A stretch of 64,000 bases of DNA from the human T2T-CHM13v2.0 reference genome, Homo sapiens: NCBI RefSeq assembly GCF_009914755.1, contig NC_060939.1, one strand, 5' to 3'. Made by a program: the position numbers and the translations under genes. The notes under the pieces are model-generated. The model was not told the DNA's origin and searched no databases. It saw only the letters and a list, made by a program, of their open reading frames with translations. Of the stretch, positions 14,526 through 28,764 are shown in pieces. Every line of letters begins with the position of its first letter. The first letter of the stretch is position 1.

Positions 14526-15734
14526 GTTAGTTTATGGTTACCAAATTTTGAAAATTTTTGGAAGTTTTTTATTTTTTAGATAATTTACTGGGCCTCCCCC
14601 ACCTTCAGAAACTCTAATTATATATATATAGAAGAACACTTGAAGTTTTGCCACAGCTCACTTCATTTAAAAAATTCTGTTTTCTCTTTTGTGTTTTATA
14701 TTGGATTGTTTCTTTTCCATGCCTTCAAATTTACTAGTTTTTCTTCCACAATGTTTAATTAGCCATTAATCCTGTTCAGTGTACTTTTCATCTCATACAT
14801 TATGGTTTTCACCTTTGCAAGTTTGATTTGTGTCTTTTTATATCTTCTATGTCTCTAAACATTTTGAACATATAGAGCACGTAATAACTAATTTAACATC
14901 CTTGTCTGTTGATTCTAACATCTCTGTCAGTTCTGCTTAGATTTAATTGATTAATTTTGTCCCTCTATATGGTTTATACTTTTTTCTTTTTTATCTGCCC
15001 TGTAATTTTTTATTGGATTCCAGACATTGTGGATTTTATCTTGCTGAGTGCCGTATATTTTTTATTTCTAGGAACTTTTAGAGATTTGTTCTGGAATTTA
15101 GCTAAATTACTTTGAAACTACTTGATCTTTTCTGGTCTTGCTTTTAAAGATTTGTTAGGTAAGTCTGGAGCAGTGCTCAGTCTAGGGTTAATTATTCTCC
15201 ACTACTGAGGAAATGTGTTTTGTGTGCTCTTTCAGTGCCCCGGGATTCCTGAAATTTTCCAGTCTGGATGTTGAGAATAGGCACTATTACTGGCCTTGTG
15301 TGAATGCTTGGCACTGGTACCTTTTATCTTTTAGAGTTATTCAGTCTCTAGCTTCAGGTAGTTTCCTCAAATGCACGTGCCAGTTAGTACTCAAGTTGAA
15401 CTTTTTGCAGGAGTTTTTACCTGCTCTCAGGTTCTCTGCCCTGCCGACTCTATGAGATCCGTAGTCACGTTCTGATCTCAGTGAGTCTGTCAGTCTCCCA
15501 TCTTCTTTCCCCTTCCTGCACCCTGGCCTGCAAACTTTCTTAGCTTAGTAAGTTTGTGTGTTTGTGGAGCTCATCTAATTTGTTTCTTTTCCCTTAGAGA
15601 TGACTGTCCTTTGTTGCCTGTTGTCCATTGTCTGGAAGATAGTTATTTCATTTATTTTCTCCATTTTATCCTTTTTTCACATGAAGTGTAAATCTATTTC
15701 TGTTACTCTGTCTTTATGGCAGGCAGAGGTTCTA

Positions 15735-15895
15735 ACTATTTACATTTAAATTAGTTAAAAAAATGCATTCCTCATTTGATATAGCCACATTCCAAATGCT
15801 TAAAAGCCGCATGTATCTAGTGACTACCATACTGGAGAGTACAAATATAGAACTTTACCCGTCACTGCAGACAGTTCTGTTGGATTGTGCAGCAT
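15735..15895 (+). mobile_element. MER33-like 3' part
   Basis: tagccacattccaaatgct...ctagtgactaccatactgga...gcagacagttctgttgga. Confidence 0.65.
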
Positions 15896-15924
15896 TGGAC
15901 AATATATACAGTTTGCCTGTATAT

Positions 15925-15941
15925 GAGAAAGAGAGAGAGAG

Positions 15942-15983
<42 letters not shown>
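15925..15983. repeat. Compound (GA)n(GT)n microsatellite
   Basis: Directly visible. Confidence 0.95.
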
Positions 15984-15985
<2 letters not shown>

Positions 15986-15994
15986 GTGCAATAA

Positions 15995-16155
15995 GGCTGA
16001 CAGGCATCGTGGCTCATGCCTGTAATCCCACCACTTTGGGAGGCCTGGGATGCAGAGACAGGAGGATCACTTGAGGCCAGGGGTTTGAGACCAGCCTGGG
16101 TAATATAGTGAGACCCTGTCTCTACCAAATAAATAAATAAGTAAAATAAAATAAA
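15995..16155 (+). mobile_element. Alu left monomer (FLAM-like) with (AAAT)n tail
   Basis: tggctcatgcctgtaatccc...gagaccctgtctctac then aaat repeats. Confidence 0.85.
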
Positions 16156-17239
16156 TTCAGCTTTTAATTTTGGGGATGCCTGGTTTATACTACTTATCTA
16201 GTGGATTGTGAAACTGGAAATGAGTTTCAACCTCAGTGCCCTTTATATGTATATTAGGCTGTCTTCTACAGCAGTGAGAAATCTCTGGCTTATTGGGTCA
16301 TACCTTATTTTGAATTTTTTTGTTTACTTCTGGTGGCAGGTATCATTTGGATGATAACATTGTTGTCCCTTTTTAAGTCAGACTTTGTCTACATTCTTGA
16401 AGTATTCTTAGGTCCAACACAGTGTCTGGCACACAGTAGGTGCTCAAATATTAATACTTGTTTATTTAAAAATATTTAAACATTTACTATGAGCCTGGCA
16501 TTCTCTTTGGTATATATGGATGAAAAATTGATTTCTGCTACGAATATAATAACCTGTGAGTATCCATTGTTTCCATGGAGAGGCTACAGCTTTCTAACAG
16601 TAGGATATATCTGCATCTCAAAAACTTAAACTAGATTTTCAGTCACTCTGTCACCTGAGGTGTGGAATGGCAAAGCTGAGCAACCTTAAAATCTTGAGAA
16701 AAATAGTGCTCTCCCTTCCCTAGTAGCTGTCAGCTGTTTCATGTGGAGAGAACAAAGTTTCTCTTTGATGACAACTGTTGAGGTGCTAGGAATGTTGGTT
16801 AACCACCTAGGTTCATGAAAAGCTGAAGCAATAATTCAGTTTTTGTAGGAGAAACACCTTACATACATATTAAACCTTTTTTTCTCAAAGAGTCTAATCC
16901 AATGTAAATTGAGAAATTGGGGACAGTTTAATCAATATTGAAGTTTCTTGTTTTGACTCGGCTTTTTAATCTACTTACAGAGGAACAGTTTTTACATTCG
17001 GATATCAAATGCTTATTTTGTTAAAATGGTTCTATTTGTTATTTACAAATAAAAATAATAAAATTGTTTAGAAATTGGTCATGTATTGGTAATGGTACAA
17101 GCAAAACACTCCTTATATATTGAATTAGAAGTTCACAGGCATCTGTGTCAATTGCTTTGGTTTACAAAAAAATTAGCAAGATTATTGTTCCAATTTTTTG
17201 ACAACTTGAAAAAAATCAAAAGAAATAGCTGCTGTAAAC

Positions 17240-17315
17240 TTAGGTTGGTGCAAAAGTAATTGCAGTTTTTGCCTTTTTTAGTTAAAAAACCGCAGTTACT
17301 TTTGCACCAACCCAA
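17240..17315. mobile_element. MADE1 mariner MITE (palindromic)
   Basis: ttaggttggtgcaaaagtaattgc ... gcagttacttttgcaccaacccaa. Confidence 0.9.
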
Positions 17316-17634
17316 TACTATGTTTTACAGATAAAATCACTGTCTTCTGAGTTGTAAGATTTGAAAATGCATTCGTCAAATAAGTAATTTATTTGTATTC
17401 TGACTTAGCTCCCAAATAATTTGAATTGGACATATTTACTCAGTATAGAAATCATTAAATTACAGTTTCCTAATGGTGAGATAAATTTCTTTTTTAGGAT
17501 AGTGATTTCATTAATACCTTATGGAATTTGGTTTAGTTTGAGTCATTTTTGCAGTAAAGTTCTATTTTTGTAAGTAATTTTGAAAGTCCTACGAAATGTT
17601 TGCTGCAAGTTAGTCATACAGAGAATTGCTTTGA

Positions 17635-18027
<393 letters not shown>

Positions 18028-18111
18028 TGATATATAAACCCTTTCCCTCTCTTTAATCATGATTCTTTTAAAAATTAATATTTGGATTCTCAACCTTGAA
18101 GAATTAGTTTA

Positions 18112-18447
<336 letters not shown>

Positions 18448-18894
18448 CTAGACACTGTGCTGATTGCTTTGAGCATAACGAAGGTGTATTGGATATGGTC
18501 ATTATAGCTCCATACATCTGATAGATGAGAGAAAACTTGTATGCTGTGCTAATAATTGCAATAGAAATATATACCGTTTTGGATTTGTAAACATCTTAGA
18601 AAAAATACCTAGAAAAAAACTCTTAATGAGCAAATGGATTAACATGTCTGCTTTCCATTTTTAAGTATCAGGTATCCAACCATATTATTAAAATAAAAAC
18701 CACCAGAGTACAGTCTCCATAGTTAGATTTGTATAAGCAACCGCAAAACGATATAGTCCAGTATCTAGCACAGCATAGTCAAACACATAGTATTATGCAT
18801 ATGGTAAATGTTAATAAATGTTTGTGGAATAACTGCCTATGAAAACTTCTTTTTGAGGCTTGTATTAGTAATGTAATTTACCATAGATAACTTT

Positions 18895-19470
18895 CCTCAT
18901 GTTTCAAACTGCTGGTCATTACCAATTAGTGGGTTGAGAAAACACTTTAGATCTCATACAGCATGGTAAAAAAGTAGAATAGAATGGAAGCTATGAGAGT
19001 GTATCACATGTAGTTAGAGGATTGTTTTTTATGACATTTTAGTTTGTTGTATAAATGTTGTATATAAATGTATGTTATGTGAGTATATGCTTGTGTACAC
19101 TAGGTGGTGATATAAAATATGTTTAATGGGCCGGGCGCGGTGGCTCACGCTTGTAATCCCAGCACTTTGGGAGGCCGAGGTGGGTGGATCACGAGGTCAG
19201 GAGATCGAGACCACGGTGAAACCCCGTCTCTACTAAAAATTAAAAAAAAATTAGCCGGGCGTGGTGGCGGGCGCCTGTAGTCCCAGCTACTCGGAGAGGC
19301 TGAGGCAGGAGAATGGCGTGAACCCGGGAGGCGGAGCTTGCAGTGAGCCGAGACTGCGCCACTGTACTCCAGCCTGGGTGACAGAGCGAGACTCCGTCTC
19401 AAAAAAAAAAAAAAAAAAAAAATACGTTTAATGGTGAATTGTGGTCAAATAACTTGGAAAGCCACAGCTT
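18895..19470. mobile_element. hAT-Charlie-type MER relic split by AluY (family not determined)
   Basis: tttcaaactg...ccaattagtggg...ggtcaaataacttggaaagccac. Confidence 0.45.
19129..19418 (+). mobile_element. Young AluY, Yd3a1-like
   Basis: 12-bp left-arm deletion (gagaccacggtgaaa), cacgcttgta, extra A in ctcggagaggc, many intact CpGs; TSD aaaatatgtttaatg / aaaatacgtttaatg. Confidence 0.9.
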
Positions 19471-22400
19471 CAGTAGTTAATTTTAGCTACTTTTAAAGTG
19501 TGATTTCTCTTTACTACTTAGTAAGGTGTGAAAACGATTGAATTTGTGTAACTGATGTTTGATGGGTTTAATTGTTGTCAGTGCTGCTTAGCAGAGTGCT
19601 CTGTGTTGCAGTTTAAACACTACTCCGGATTTTCCTTTATTAGATAAAAGTCTACTGTAACTTTTTTTTGTTCTTAGTCGCCTTTAGTCTTTAGAGTTAC
19701 TGATCTTCAATTCATGTTGGACAGCTTCCTTTGAAGAGAGAAAACAGCTTTATTGGCAGTGGGGACAGTCAACATTACTATCCATGTTAAAGAAAAGATC
19801 CCAGAAACATGAAGAAAAAGACTAGAATGTAATTATGTAAAAAGCAAATCAACAAAAAGCGAACCCAGACCACCACAGTTCAAATAAGAGAAAATGCTTC
19901 CAATTAGTGATGTAACCTACTTAGGCCTCAGTTTTCTCATTGAACAGAAAGAAAAGGTTGTTACTAGATCATCTCTTAAGTTACTTTCTGATACAGAATT
20001 GCAACTCCTGAGACATCTTTATGTCTCTTTAAGCTGTGGAATCCTACCAGATATTTAGAATGATAATGTGAACAGCTCGACTTTCAAGAATTCAGTTCGG
20101 TGAGAACACCTAATGAAGTGGAAATTAGTGTGTTATGTGTGCATTTAATGACTTTATTGTAGCCTGTGTCTAGACTGTTGATTTGATGAAGTTTATACAG
20201 AAGAATTAAATGCTCATGATTTATATATTTAAAAAATCTATGAGTTTTCCTGGAAGTGAGTGTTTCTTTGAAGCAGATTTAATGTGTTAAGGTCTTTTTT
20301 TTTTTTTTTTTTTTTTACCTTCTGTACAATCATTTTCTGAAATTGTAATAAAAATCAAGTACAAAAGATAATCCAGCATTTAAATACTCTTTATTCTAGC
20401 CTTTTCTATTATAGTACTTGTTTTTGTTTTTTTATTGTCGTGGTATTTTGTGTTAACTTGAAGACTAATTGAGCATACAGAAAATTTTTTCAACTTGGGA
20501 ATGTGGGGCAATATAACTTGAAAAGAGATGAAAAAACAATTTCTTTGGGTCAGAAGTATTTTACATCTGGAAACACACCCTTGAACTCTGGCTGTGGTTT
20601 TTCCACATGTGCCATTTATTAGCAGATACGTTCTTTATGAAATTTTGACAGTATATGCTGCTTTTTGTCTGAGGAAAGCTTAGTTCTAGGCAGAATTTAG
20701 CTTTGTTGTTTTTGATTCAGGAGTTAAATCTTTAGTCAAGTGAAAATATAAGGATGGGGACATTCTTAACTAAAGTGCCAGGCTTCTATGGTTTTTATCT
20801 TTGCTTTATTTTTTAGGAAGAGTGTTTTGAGATATGTGAAAAGGGGGAGCTCTTTGATTAAGTTTGATTTGGACTCAGTGTTTTATTTCATTGGCTTTCA
20901 TACTTTAGGGCATCTGCTTTGTAATATGAAAGGAGGTTCCTACCCACAACCTTCTCTCACCCTTTTGGATGCACCTACTTATTTTTAAGTAATCTTTGTT
21001 CTTTATGAACTGTCAAATACTATTTGATACCCTGTGTTATAACGAGTAGAAATTGGTAGTTGTGCTAGGCTATGCCCTGTGTCTCAAGGAGGAATTGGGG
21101 AGATTGGGCAGCGTTCATGTATGTATCGTAACTTGGTTCCTGGGAGAACATGAGATTGCTATGGCAACAAAGGTTCTTTGAAGGCAAAAATTTTGGCAGA
21201 GTGGTTGGGTCTTTTGAAGTGCTGGGTGTGTTGACAGGAAAGGAATAAGCATACATCTGTAGACTAGCAGTCAAGGAAAATAAGCATTTAGTATTAGCTT
21301 TAACTTGAGGTCAAATATATTTTGAGCTGTAACTTGAGCGCAAATATGTTTTGAGTTCCACCTCAGTGCTAATTTTCCTTCAGAACTTTTATTTGTATGA
21401 GGTTTTCTCTTCTCAAGTCTGCTGTTTCAAGAACAAGTTTCGAAGAATGTACCATGTAATGTTTTAGCTGGCCTAAAATTGTCTAAAGTTTTGGTAAAAT
21501 CAGTGTGGTGTAATGCATTCTGATATGAGTTGCTTCTAATTTTAAGAGTAGATAAAAATCATTACAAATTACTCAGCTTAGAATTTGGTATCGCTTAAAA
21601 ACTGGTGACAAAAATAAATTCCCAGACTCTGTAATCTGCCTGCTGTTTTCAAGATCCTTATCTTACCTCACCAACTTTCTCTCTCTCTTTTCCATTCTCA
21701 ATCTCAACTTTCACTCCTGGTTTTGCTCTGTGGCTGTTCATGCTTGCTTCCCAGCCATTGCTCAAGATGTATCTCCTGCCTGGCATGTCTTTTCATTTTT
21801 CAGCCTCTCTAAACACTACTCAAGTTTTACTTTTGTCATGAAGTTTCCCTGACTTTTATAACCAACAGGGATTTCTTCCTTCTCTAACTCTTGATTAACA
21901 TTTATGTATTAAATCATTTGGAGCTTAATAAGATTTTACACATTTTTGTTTATGTGTTGTGTGTTGAACTTATTGCCTTAGTAATAAGTTTGTGGTCAGA
22001 ATTTTTGTACTCTTGTGCCTTATAATAAAGGACCAGGCACATAGTTAATACCTGGTAACAACTAGTTGATTGATGGTTTTAATTTTAAATGGATCAGTGG
22101 TAAAAATCATATTCAAATAATAGATCATTTATTTAGCTTTTTAATAAGTTGTATAAGTAGTCACCATAGATAATGTCCTGTATCAGGGATACTCTTATTT
22201 TTAATGTTTGGTCCCAGAGCCAGTGATAATTTTGTATAGATCTTTTCCCAACCACTATTCATTTAAACTGAAGAATCCAGAAAATGATTTAGGTGACTGT
22301 TTTTTCAGTTCTCTCAAGAATGACACTTAAGTGGTAGTATTCTAGATGCTTAGGAGATGCCTACAGTGGATGACTAAAGGCACTAGCACTTAATTCTTAT

Positions 22401-23480
22401 GTGAAACCTTTCTTGAGAATGGGACATATAGTATCATTTCTATGTTATATTCAGTTTCCTCATATTTGGCTTGACTGAATCTATGTATTAATTATATTAT
22501 GCTCTTCTATTTTTTTTTCCCAAGAAGTAAATATTGGTAAAAATGGCAAGGAAAGTAATTCTAGGGACCTGGTAGAAGTTTTGCTATTTTGATTTATTAG
22601 AAAATATTGAAACAGTAACCCAGTTTTGAGCAACACTACTGTATGCAAATGCAAAATACAGTTCTCACTTTTTAGACCCATTTATTACAAACTTGGGAAG
22701 TTTTTGGTACTACAAAAACTTTTTGAGATTTTTCTTTCCACAATCTGAATGAAGAGGAAGGTGAAACTAGCTGCTGAATCAAATATTTTTAGAATTTTTT
22801 TCATCCTGTTTGGAAAAGAATCATTAGTTATTTGCATGTATATTATATCTGGAAATGGTAATAAATATTCATTGAAGAAATAGTTAAAATACAGAATTAA
22901 GTTCAAAATCACCATTTGCTCTTTGCTTTTGTTTACTGAGCAGGTCTAGGGAAATGTCTAGGGCTTAGAGGAGTGCCAGGGTTTTTTGGGTCTGATAAAA
23001 CTTTAGGGATATTCCCCATTTGCAGGATAGTTATTCTCTTATTGCAAGTCGAGTGAAAAAAACTCTTGCAGTTATCCATGATGGGAAATGGTTTGATGGT
23101 TAATAATTAACATACAATTAGTCACTGGCTCTGATAGCATAAGTTATATTTATGTGAATTTTCTTGAAGAAGTAATATTTTATATTAGTGATTTTTGATT
23201 GAAATCTTTAGAAAATGTATTGCAATTGTATTTTATTTTCTAAAACTTACCAAATATATAGTTTTACAGGGATACAGTCATGAATATTTGTTGTATTTTG
23301 CATCATGAGACCATATAGTGATAATTTATAGTCTTATGATGAAGGTTGAAAGGAATGTTTGATTATATGCTAATCTTTTTACACTAGTGTGCATTTATAT
23401 GTAGCATTTTGTTTCCTTATTAACTATAGTTATTTCTTAATTTGTGAATTTTTAGTTGCCCTATTTTTTTTGGCTTCTAT

Positions 23481-23656
23481 TTAGGTTGGTGCAAACCTAA
23501 GTTTTGCTATTACTTTCAATGGCAAAAAAGCTAGGTTTTGCCATTAATTTCAATGGCAAAAAAGCTAGGTTTTGCCATTACTTTCAATGGCAGAAAACCT
23601 AGGTTTTGCCATTACTTTCAATGGCAAAAACCGCAGTTACTTTTGCACCAACCTAA
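23481..23656. mobile_element. MADE1 MITE with four internal 34-bp tandem palindromic units
   Basis: Ends ttaggttggtgcaaa / tttgcaccaacctaa; unit ctaggttttgccattactttcaatggcaaaaaag at 23497, 23531, 23565 and 23599. Confidence 0.9.
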
Positions 23657-24107
23657 TATCATGCTGTGTAATCTAACCTGCTAAAAATGGACCCCCTAAG
23701 ATTAATAAGGTAGCTAAGCCTTGTTAAAATCAGAGATTGTGTTGATATATGACAAGAGACCATGGGAATGGTTTTTGCTTTTCTTGTGGAGAAGAATGCA
23801 TGAGCTTTGTTGAAACTCTTTTTCTATCTTATTTCTCTGTTAGTCTCTGGGTATAGTTGATTGATTGCAGTCACTTGATGTCCGACTACCAGATACACGG
23901 ACTGTTGTTATTTTTCCTTCAGGTGACTTTGATATTAAAAACACTTTCACTTATTTTTTTTCTCACATAGCAAAATTTGAGAAAATATAAAAGTAAATGG
24001 CTTATATATATTAAATGTGTTTGAACCTGAACTGTAGTGTCAATAATTATAAATTAAGGTATCAAGAACTTATTGAATAGTAGAAGTATTTTTGGAATAA
24101 AAAAGTT

Positions 24108-24457
<350 letters not shown>

Positions 24458-25212
24458 TTAGAAATATTTAAATGAACTGGATTAAATTATAATATACCTT
24501 GCTAGTGAACATTGTTTTGACTACCTGTGAGCCTGTCCTGGTGTGAAGTAATTTTTCTGTAAATACAAAGAAAAAAAAAACGCTGAAGTTGGGATTTTGA
24601 TTATTGAGAATAGAGACTGGATTCGCCAATTGAGAAATACTTGTCAAGGACATTTTTTGGTATTGGATGGAACATAATTAGCTTACTGATTTGATGGTTC
24701 TGTGTAGTTCCTGAAACTCTTGGCTCTTGTTTGCCTTTCTTTAACTCTGGCTCCTTCTCCTTCTTCTGTTTGTGTATCTGTTTAATTCATTGAGTGAGGA
24801 GGACAGGCAGAACTGTGTCTGCCAAGGACCGGATGTACTTCTTTCCTTGCTCTTGGTTTTTTGCTCACTTTTATATGTAAGGTATTAGTACAAACCTAAA
24901 GGAGAGAAAGTAGAGGATCAGATCATTGGGACTTGTTCTGGTTTCAAGAAAAAATTAACAAATTGCCGAGGATGGAGGGGCTGGGGTTGTACAGCTCAAC
25001 TGCACTAGGATACAAATTGAAGATCAAGTATCAAGGCAGATGCTTTCTAGCCATTGGAACCTTTCTTATCTGGGAAGAACTTAAACATAGTAACCATAGT
25101 AGAATTTCCAGAAAAGTGTGAATGTTGTTTTTTTTTAAGCGAGTTAAGTAGAGGAAATTGTCTTTTAGCTAGATAAAAAATATCATTTTAGCTTCTCATT
25201 GGTTGCTAATTA

Positions 25213-25520
25213 TGTTTGTTTGTTTGTTTGTTTTTTTGAGGCAGAGCCTTGCTCTGTGGCCCAGGGTGGAGTGCAGTGGTGCGATCTTGGCTTCCCTGCA
25301 ACCTCCGCCTCCCAGGTTCAAATGATTCTTGTGCTTCAGCCTCCTGAGTAGCTGGGATTACAGGCATGTGCCACGACGCCTGGCTAATTTTTGTATTTTT
25401 AGTAGAGATGGGATTTTGCCATGTTTGACAGGCTGGTCTCGAACTCCTGACCTCAGGTGATCCACCTGCCTTGGCCTCCCAAAGTGCTGGGATTATAAGC
25501 GTGAGCCACTGCACGCAGTC
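25213..25520 (-). mobile_element. AluSx-like
   Basis: (GTTT)n tail; full dimer. Confidence 0.95.
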
Positions 25521-25620
25521 AAGAATGTAATTTTGATTTTTGTTTTGTGGCTTGTGTTTCATAAGAAAAAGTTGAAAAAGCTGGCTCTCATTATTTTCCT
25601 TTGCATCCATTCATATTACC

Positions 25621-25784
25621 TTTTTTTGTTTTTTTTTTTTTGAAATGGGGGTCTCACTGTGTTGCCCAGGCTGGAGTGTAGTCACTGTTCACAGGTACAG
25701 TAATAGCTACTGCAGCCTTGAACTCCTGGACTCAAGCAGTCCTCCTGTAGCTGAAACTACAGGTGCATGCCACTGTGCCTGGCC
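25621..25784 (-). mobile_element. FAM-like fossil Alu monomer
   Basis: Retains the 7SL-like segment ctgttcacaggtac; TSD tcatattacc / tcatatcact. Confidence 0.75.
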
Positions 25785-25935
25785 TCATATCACTTTTATA
25801 GCACTAAGCTAAGAGGAATAAGATTGCTTTTCAGTCAATTTGAGAAACATGGCTATTTGGTTTGTACAACATGGCTTTGGCTTTTATTCTGAGTGAAATG
25901 ACAAGACTAAGAGACAGTGACATCTGACTTTCATT

Positions 25936-26531
25936 CGTGAACCCCAAATATCTGAGACAGGTCTCAAGTCAATTTAGAAAGTGTATTTTGCCAAGGTTAA
26001 GGATGTGCCAGTGACACAGCCTCAGGAGGTCCTGATGACATGTGCTCAAGGTGGCTGGGGACAGCTTGCTTTTATACATTTTAGGGAGACATGAGACATC
26101 AGTCATTTTGTGTAAGATGTACATTGGTTCGGTTTGGTTTGGTAAGGCGGGACAACTTGAGGTATGGGCTTCCAGGTCTTAAGTAGATGAGAGACAAAAG
26201 GTTGCATTCTTTTGAGTCCTTGGTTAGCCTTCCACTGAATAGACACTTTAGTCTGGCTCAGTTAATCTGCATTCATAAACAATAGGGCAGAGGAAGCAGT
26301 TATATGTATTTGTCTCAGGTGAGCCTCAGAGGGATGACTGTGTTCTGTTTGTCCTTTGTCAACAAGGAATTTCCTTGTGGGCAAATTGTGAGGGAGATAT
26401 GTAGCTTTTTATGTTTGTAACTATCTTATTTAGGAATAAAATGGGAGGCAGGTTTGCCTGACACAGCTCCCAGCCTGACTTTTCCCTTGGCTTAGTGATT
26501 TTGGGGTCCTGAGATCTATTTTCGTTTCATA
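25936..26531 (-). mobile_element. MER4A-like ERV1 solo LTR
   Basis: gtgaaccccaaatatctgagacaggtctc ... cttagtgattttggggtcctgagat. Confidence 0.8.
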
Positions 26532-26798
26532 AACTTCAGTAGGATCACTCTGGCTGCTGTGTAGAGAATAGGGTAGAAAGAAGAGACCAGTTAGGAGACT
26601 ACAGAAGATGTGATTAAAATTTGGATATATATCGGAGGTAGAACTGAGGATCTTGGGCCCGTGCTACAGAAAGAGAATAGAGCTGTTATTAATTGAGAAT
26701 GAAGAAAACTGGAGGAACAGGTTTTGGTTTCTTTTTTGAGACATATGATTGGGAAACCACGTTTAGATACACTATACTATTAGACATCCAGTTGGAGA

Positions 26799-26965
26799 TT
26801 TTTTTTTTTTTTTTTTTTGAGACGAGATTTCATTCTGTCACCCGGACTGGAGGGCAGTGATGTGATCTTGGCTCACTGCAGCCTCCACCTCCTGGCTTCA
26901 AGCAATCCTCCCACCTCGGCCTCTAGAAGTGTTGAGATTACAGATGTGAACCACTGCACCTCGCC
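26799..26965 (-). mobile_element. Monomeric Alu (left-arm 5' part fused to right-arm 3' part)
   Basis: About 165 bp between TSD-like cagttggagatt / catttggagata. Confidence 0.8.
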
Positions 26966-27462
26966 CATTTGGAGATATTAGTGGAGAATTGGTCTGGTCT
27001 TGATCTCTGGGTAGAGATGTGAGTGGGAGTTATCAATTTGGGAGTCATCTGAATAGATAATGCAAATTTAATCTGTGGGATTGGAGTGAGTGTTGAGAGT
27101 ATAGGATGAAGACGAGATCAGAAGACTGTGTATGCAGTTCAGCATTTAGAAGTTGGGGTGATGAGCAAAAGACACTTGAGAAGGCATATCTAGACATATA
27201 GGCAACCTAATTAATGGTGGCTGTGTGTGTGGTTTAACTTTCCTTTTAAGAGTTAGATGGAAGGAATCTTAAGCTACATTTAGTCTGTCTCATTTTGTGA
27301 ATTAGATTTTTAAAAAAGGTCATGTGGACAGACTAGTGGAATAGAACTAAGGTATAGACCTAAGAGCATATTGAAACAGTGTATGGTAAACTTGGCATCT
27401 CAGAGCACTGGGGTAAAGGTGGACTTTTTAATAAATGGTTAACCATTTGGAAAAAAGATTAC

Positions 27463-27786
<324 letters not shown>

Positions 27787-28029
27787 TTAAATGAAACAAT
27801 GGAACAGAGATCCCAATGTAAAAGAATGAAACTACAAATATAGGAAGAATATATGGATGAATTCTTCTGCAACCTGTGTAAGGAGAGTTTTTCTCTATAT
27901 CTCAAATCCCAATGTAAAAAGAGGAAAGACTGATACATTTGACTATGTAAAAATTAAAGATAAGACTTTTGCATGGGGAAAAAACAGTAATTACAAAGTC
28001 AAAAGACAGATAGAAAATTGGAAGAAAAC

Positions 28030-28330
28030 AGCTGGGCGTGGTGGCTCATGCCTGTAATCTCAGCGCTTTGGGAACCTGAGGCAGAAGAAATGCTTGAGCC
28101 CAGGAATTTGAGACCAGCCTGGGCAACATAGGGAGACCCTGTCTCTACAAAAAATAAAAAAAAAAATTAGCTGGGCATGGCAGTCCACGCCTATTGTCCC
28201 AGCTACTCGAGAGGCTGAGGTGGGAGGATTGCTTGGGCCTGAGAGGTTGAGGCTGTAGTGTTTGTGCCACTGCACTCCAGTCTGGGCGACAAGAGTTAGA
28301 CCCTGTCTCAAAACACAAACAAACAAAAAA
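28030..28330 (+). mobile_element. AluJ-like
   Basis: gcttgagcccagga; TSD aaaattggaagaaaa / aaaattgtaagaaaa. Confidence 0.9.
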
Positions 28331-28403
28331 TTGTAAGAAAAACATTTATCACAGAAATAAGGGCTATCCTTCATGTATAAAGAATCTTTGAAAATAGAGG
28401 GTG

Positions 28404-28703
28404 GGCTGGGAGCCTTGGCTCACGCCTGTAATCCCAGCACTTTGGGAGGCCGAGGTGGGTAGATCACTTGAAGTCAGGAGTTCAAGAACAGCCAGGCCAA
28501 CATCGCGCAACTCCATCTCCACTAAAAACAAAAAAAAAAATTAGCTGGGCGTGGTAGTGGGTGCCTGTAATCCCAGCTACTAGGGAGGCTGAGATAGAGA
28601 ATCGCTTGAACCTAAGGGGTGGAGGTTGCAGTGAGCCGAGATCACGCCACTGGACTACAGCCTGGGTGACAGCGAGACTTTATCTCAAAAAAGAAAAAAA
28701 AAG
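28404..28703 (+). mobile_element. AluS-like
   Basis: Full dimer. Confidence 0.9.
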
Positions 28704-28764
28704 AAGGCGGAAAAAGAAAACAGCAAGACACCCAACAGAAAAATAGGTCAAAGTTATGGACAGT

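Larger units (their letters stand above)
25860..27190 (-). mobile_element. L2 relic interrupted by a MER4 LTR and an Alu monomer
   Basis: aggatcactctggctgctgtgtagagaatag; tagacatccagttggagat; tttgggagtcatc. Confidence 0.55.

Noticed and set aside
23497-23632. CRISPR-like array of 34-bp palindromic repeats
   Set aside because: There are no unique spacers and no cas genes, the context is eukaryotic, and the units lie within MADE1 termini
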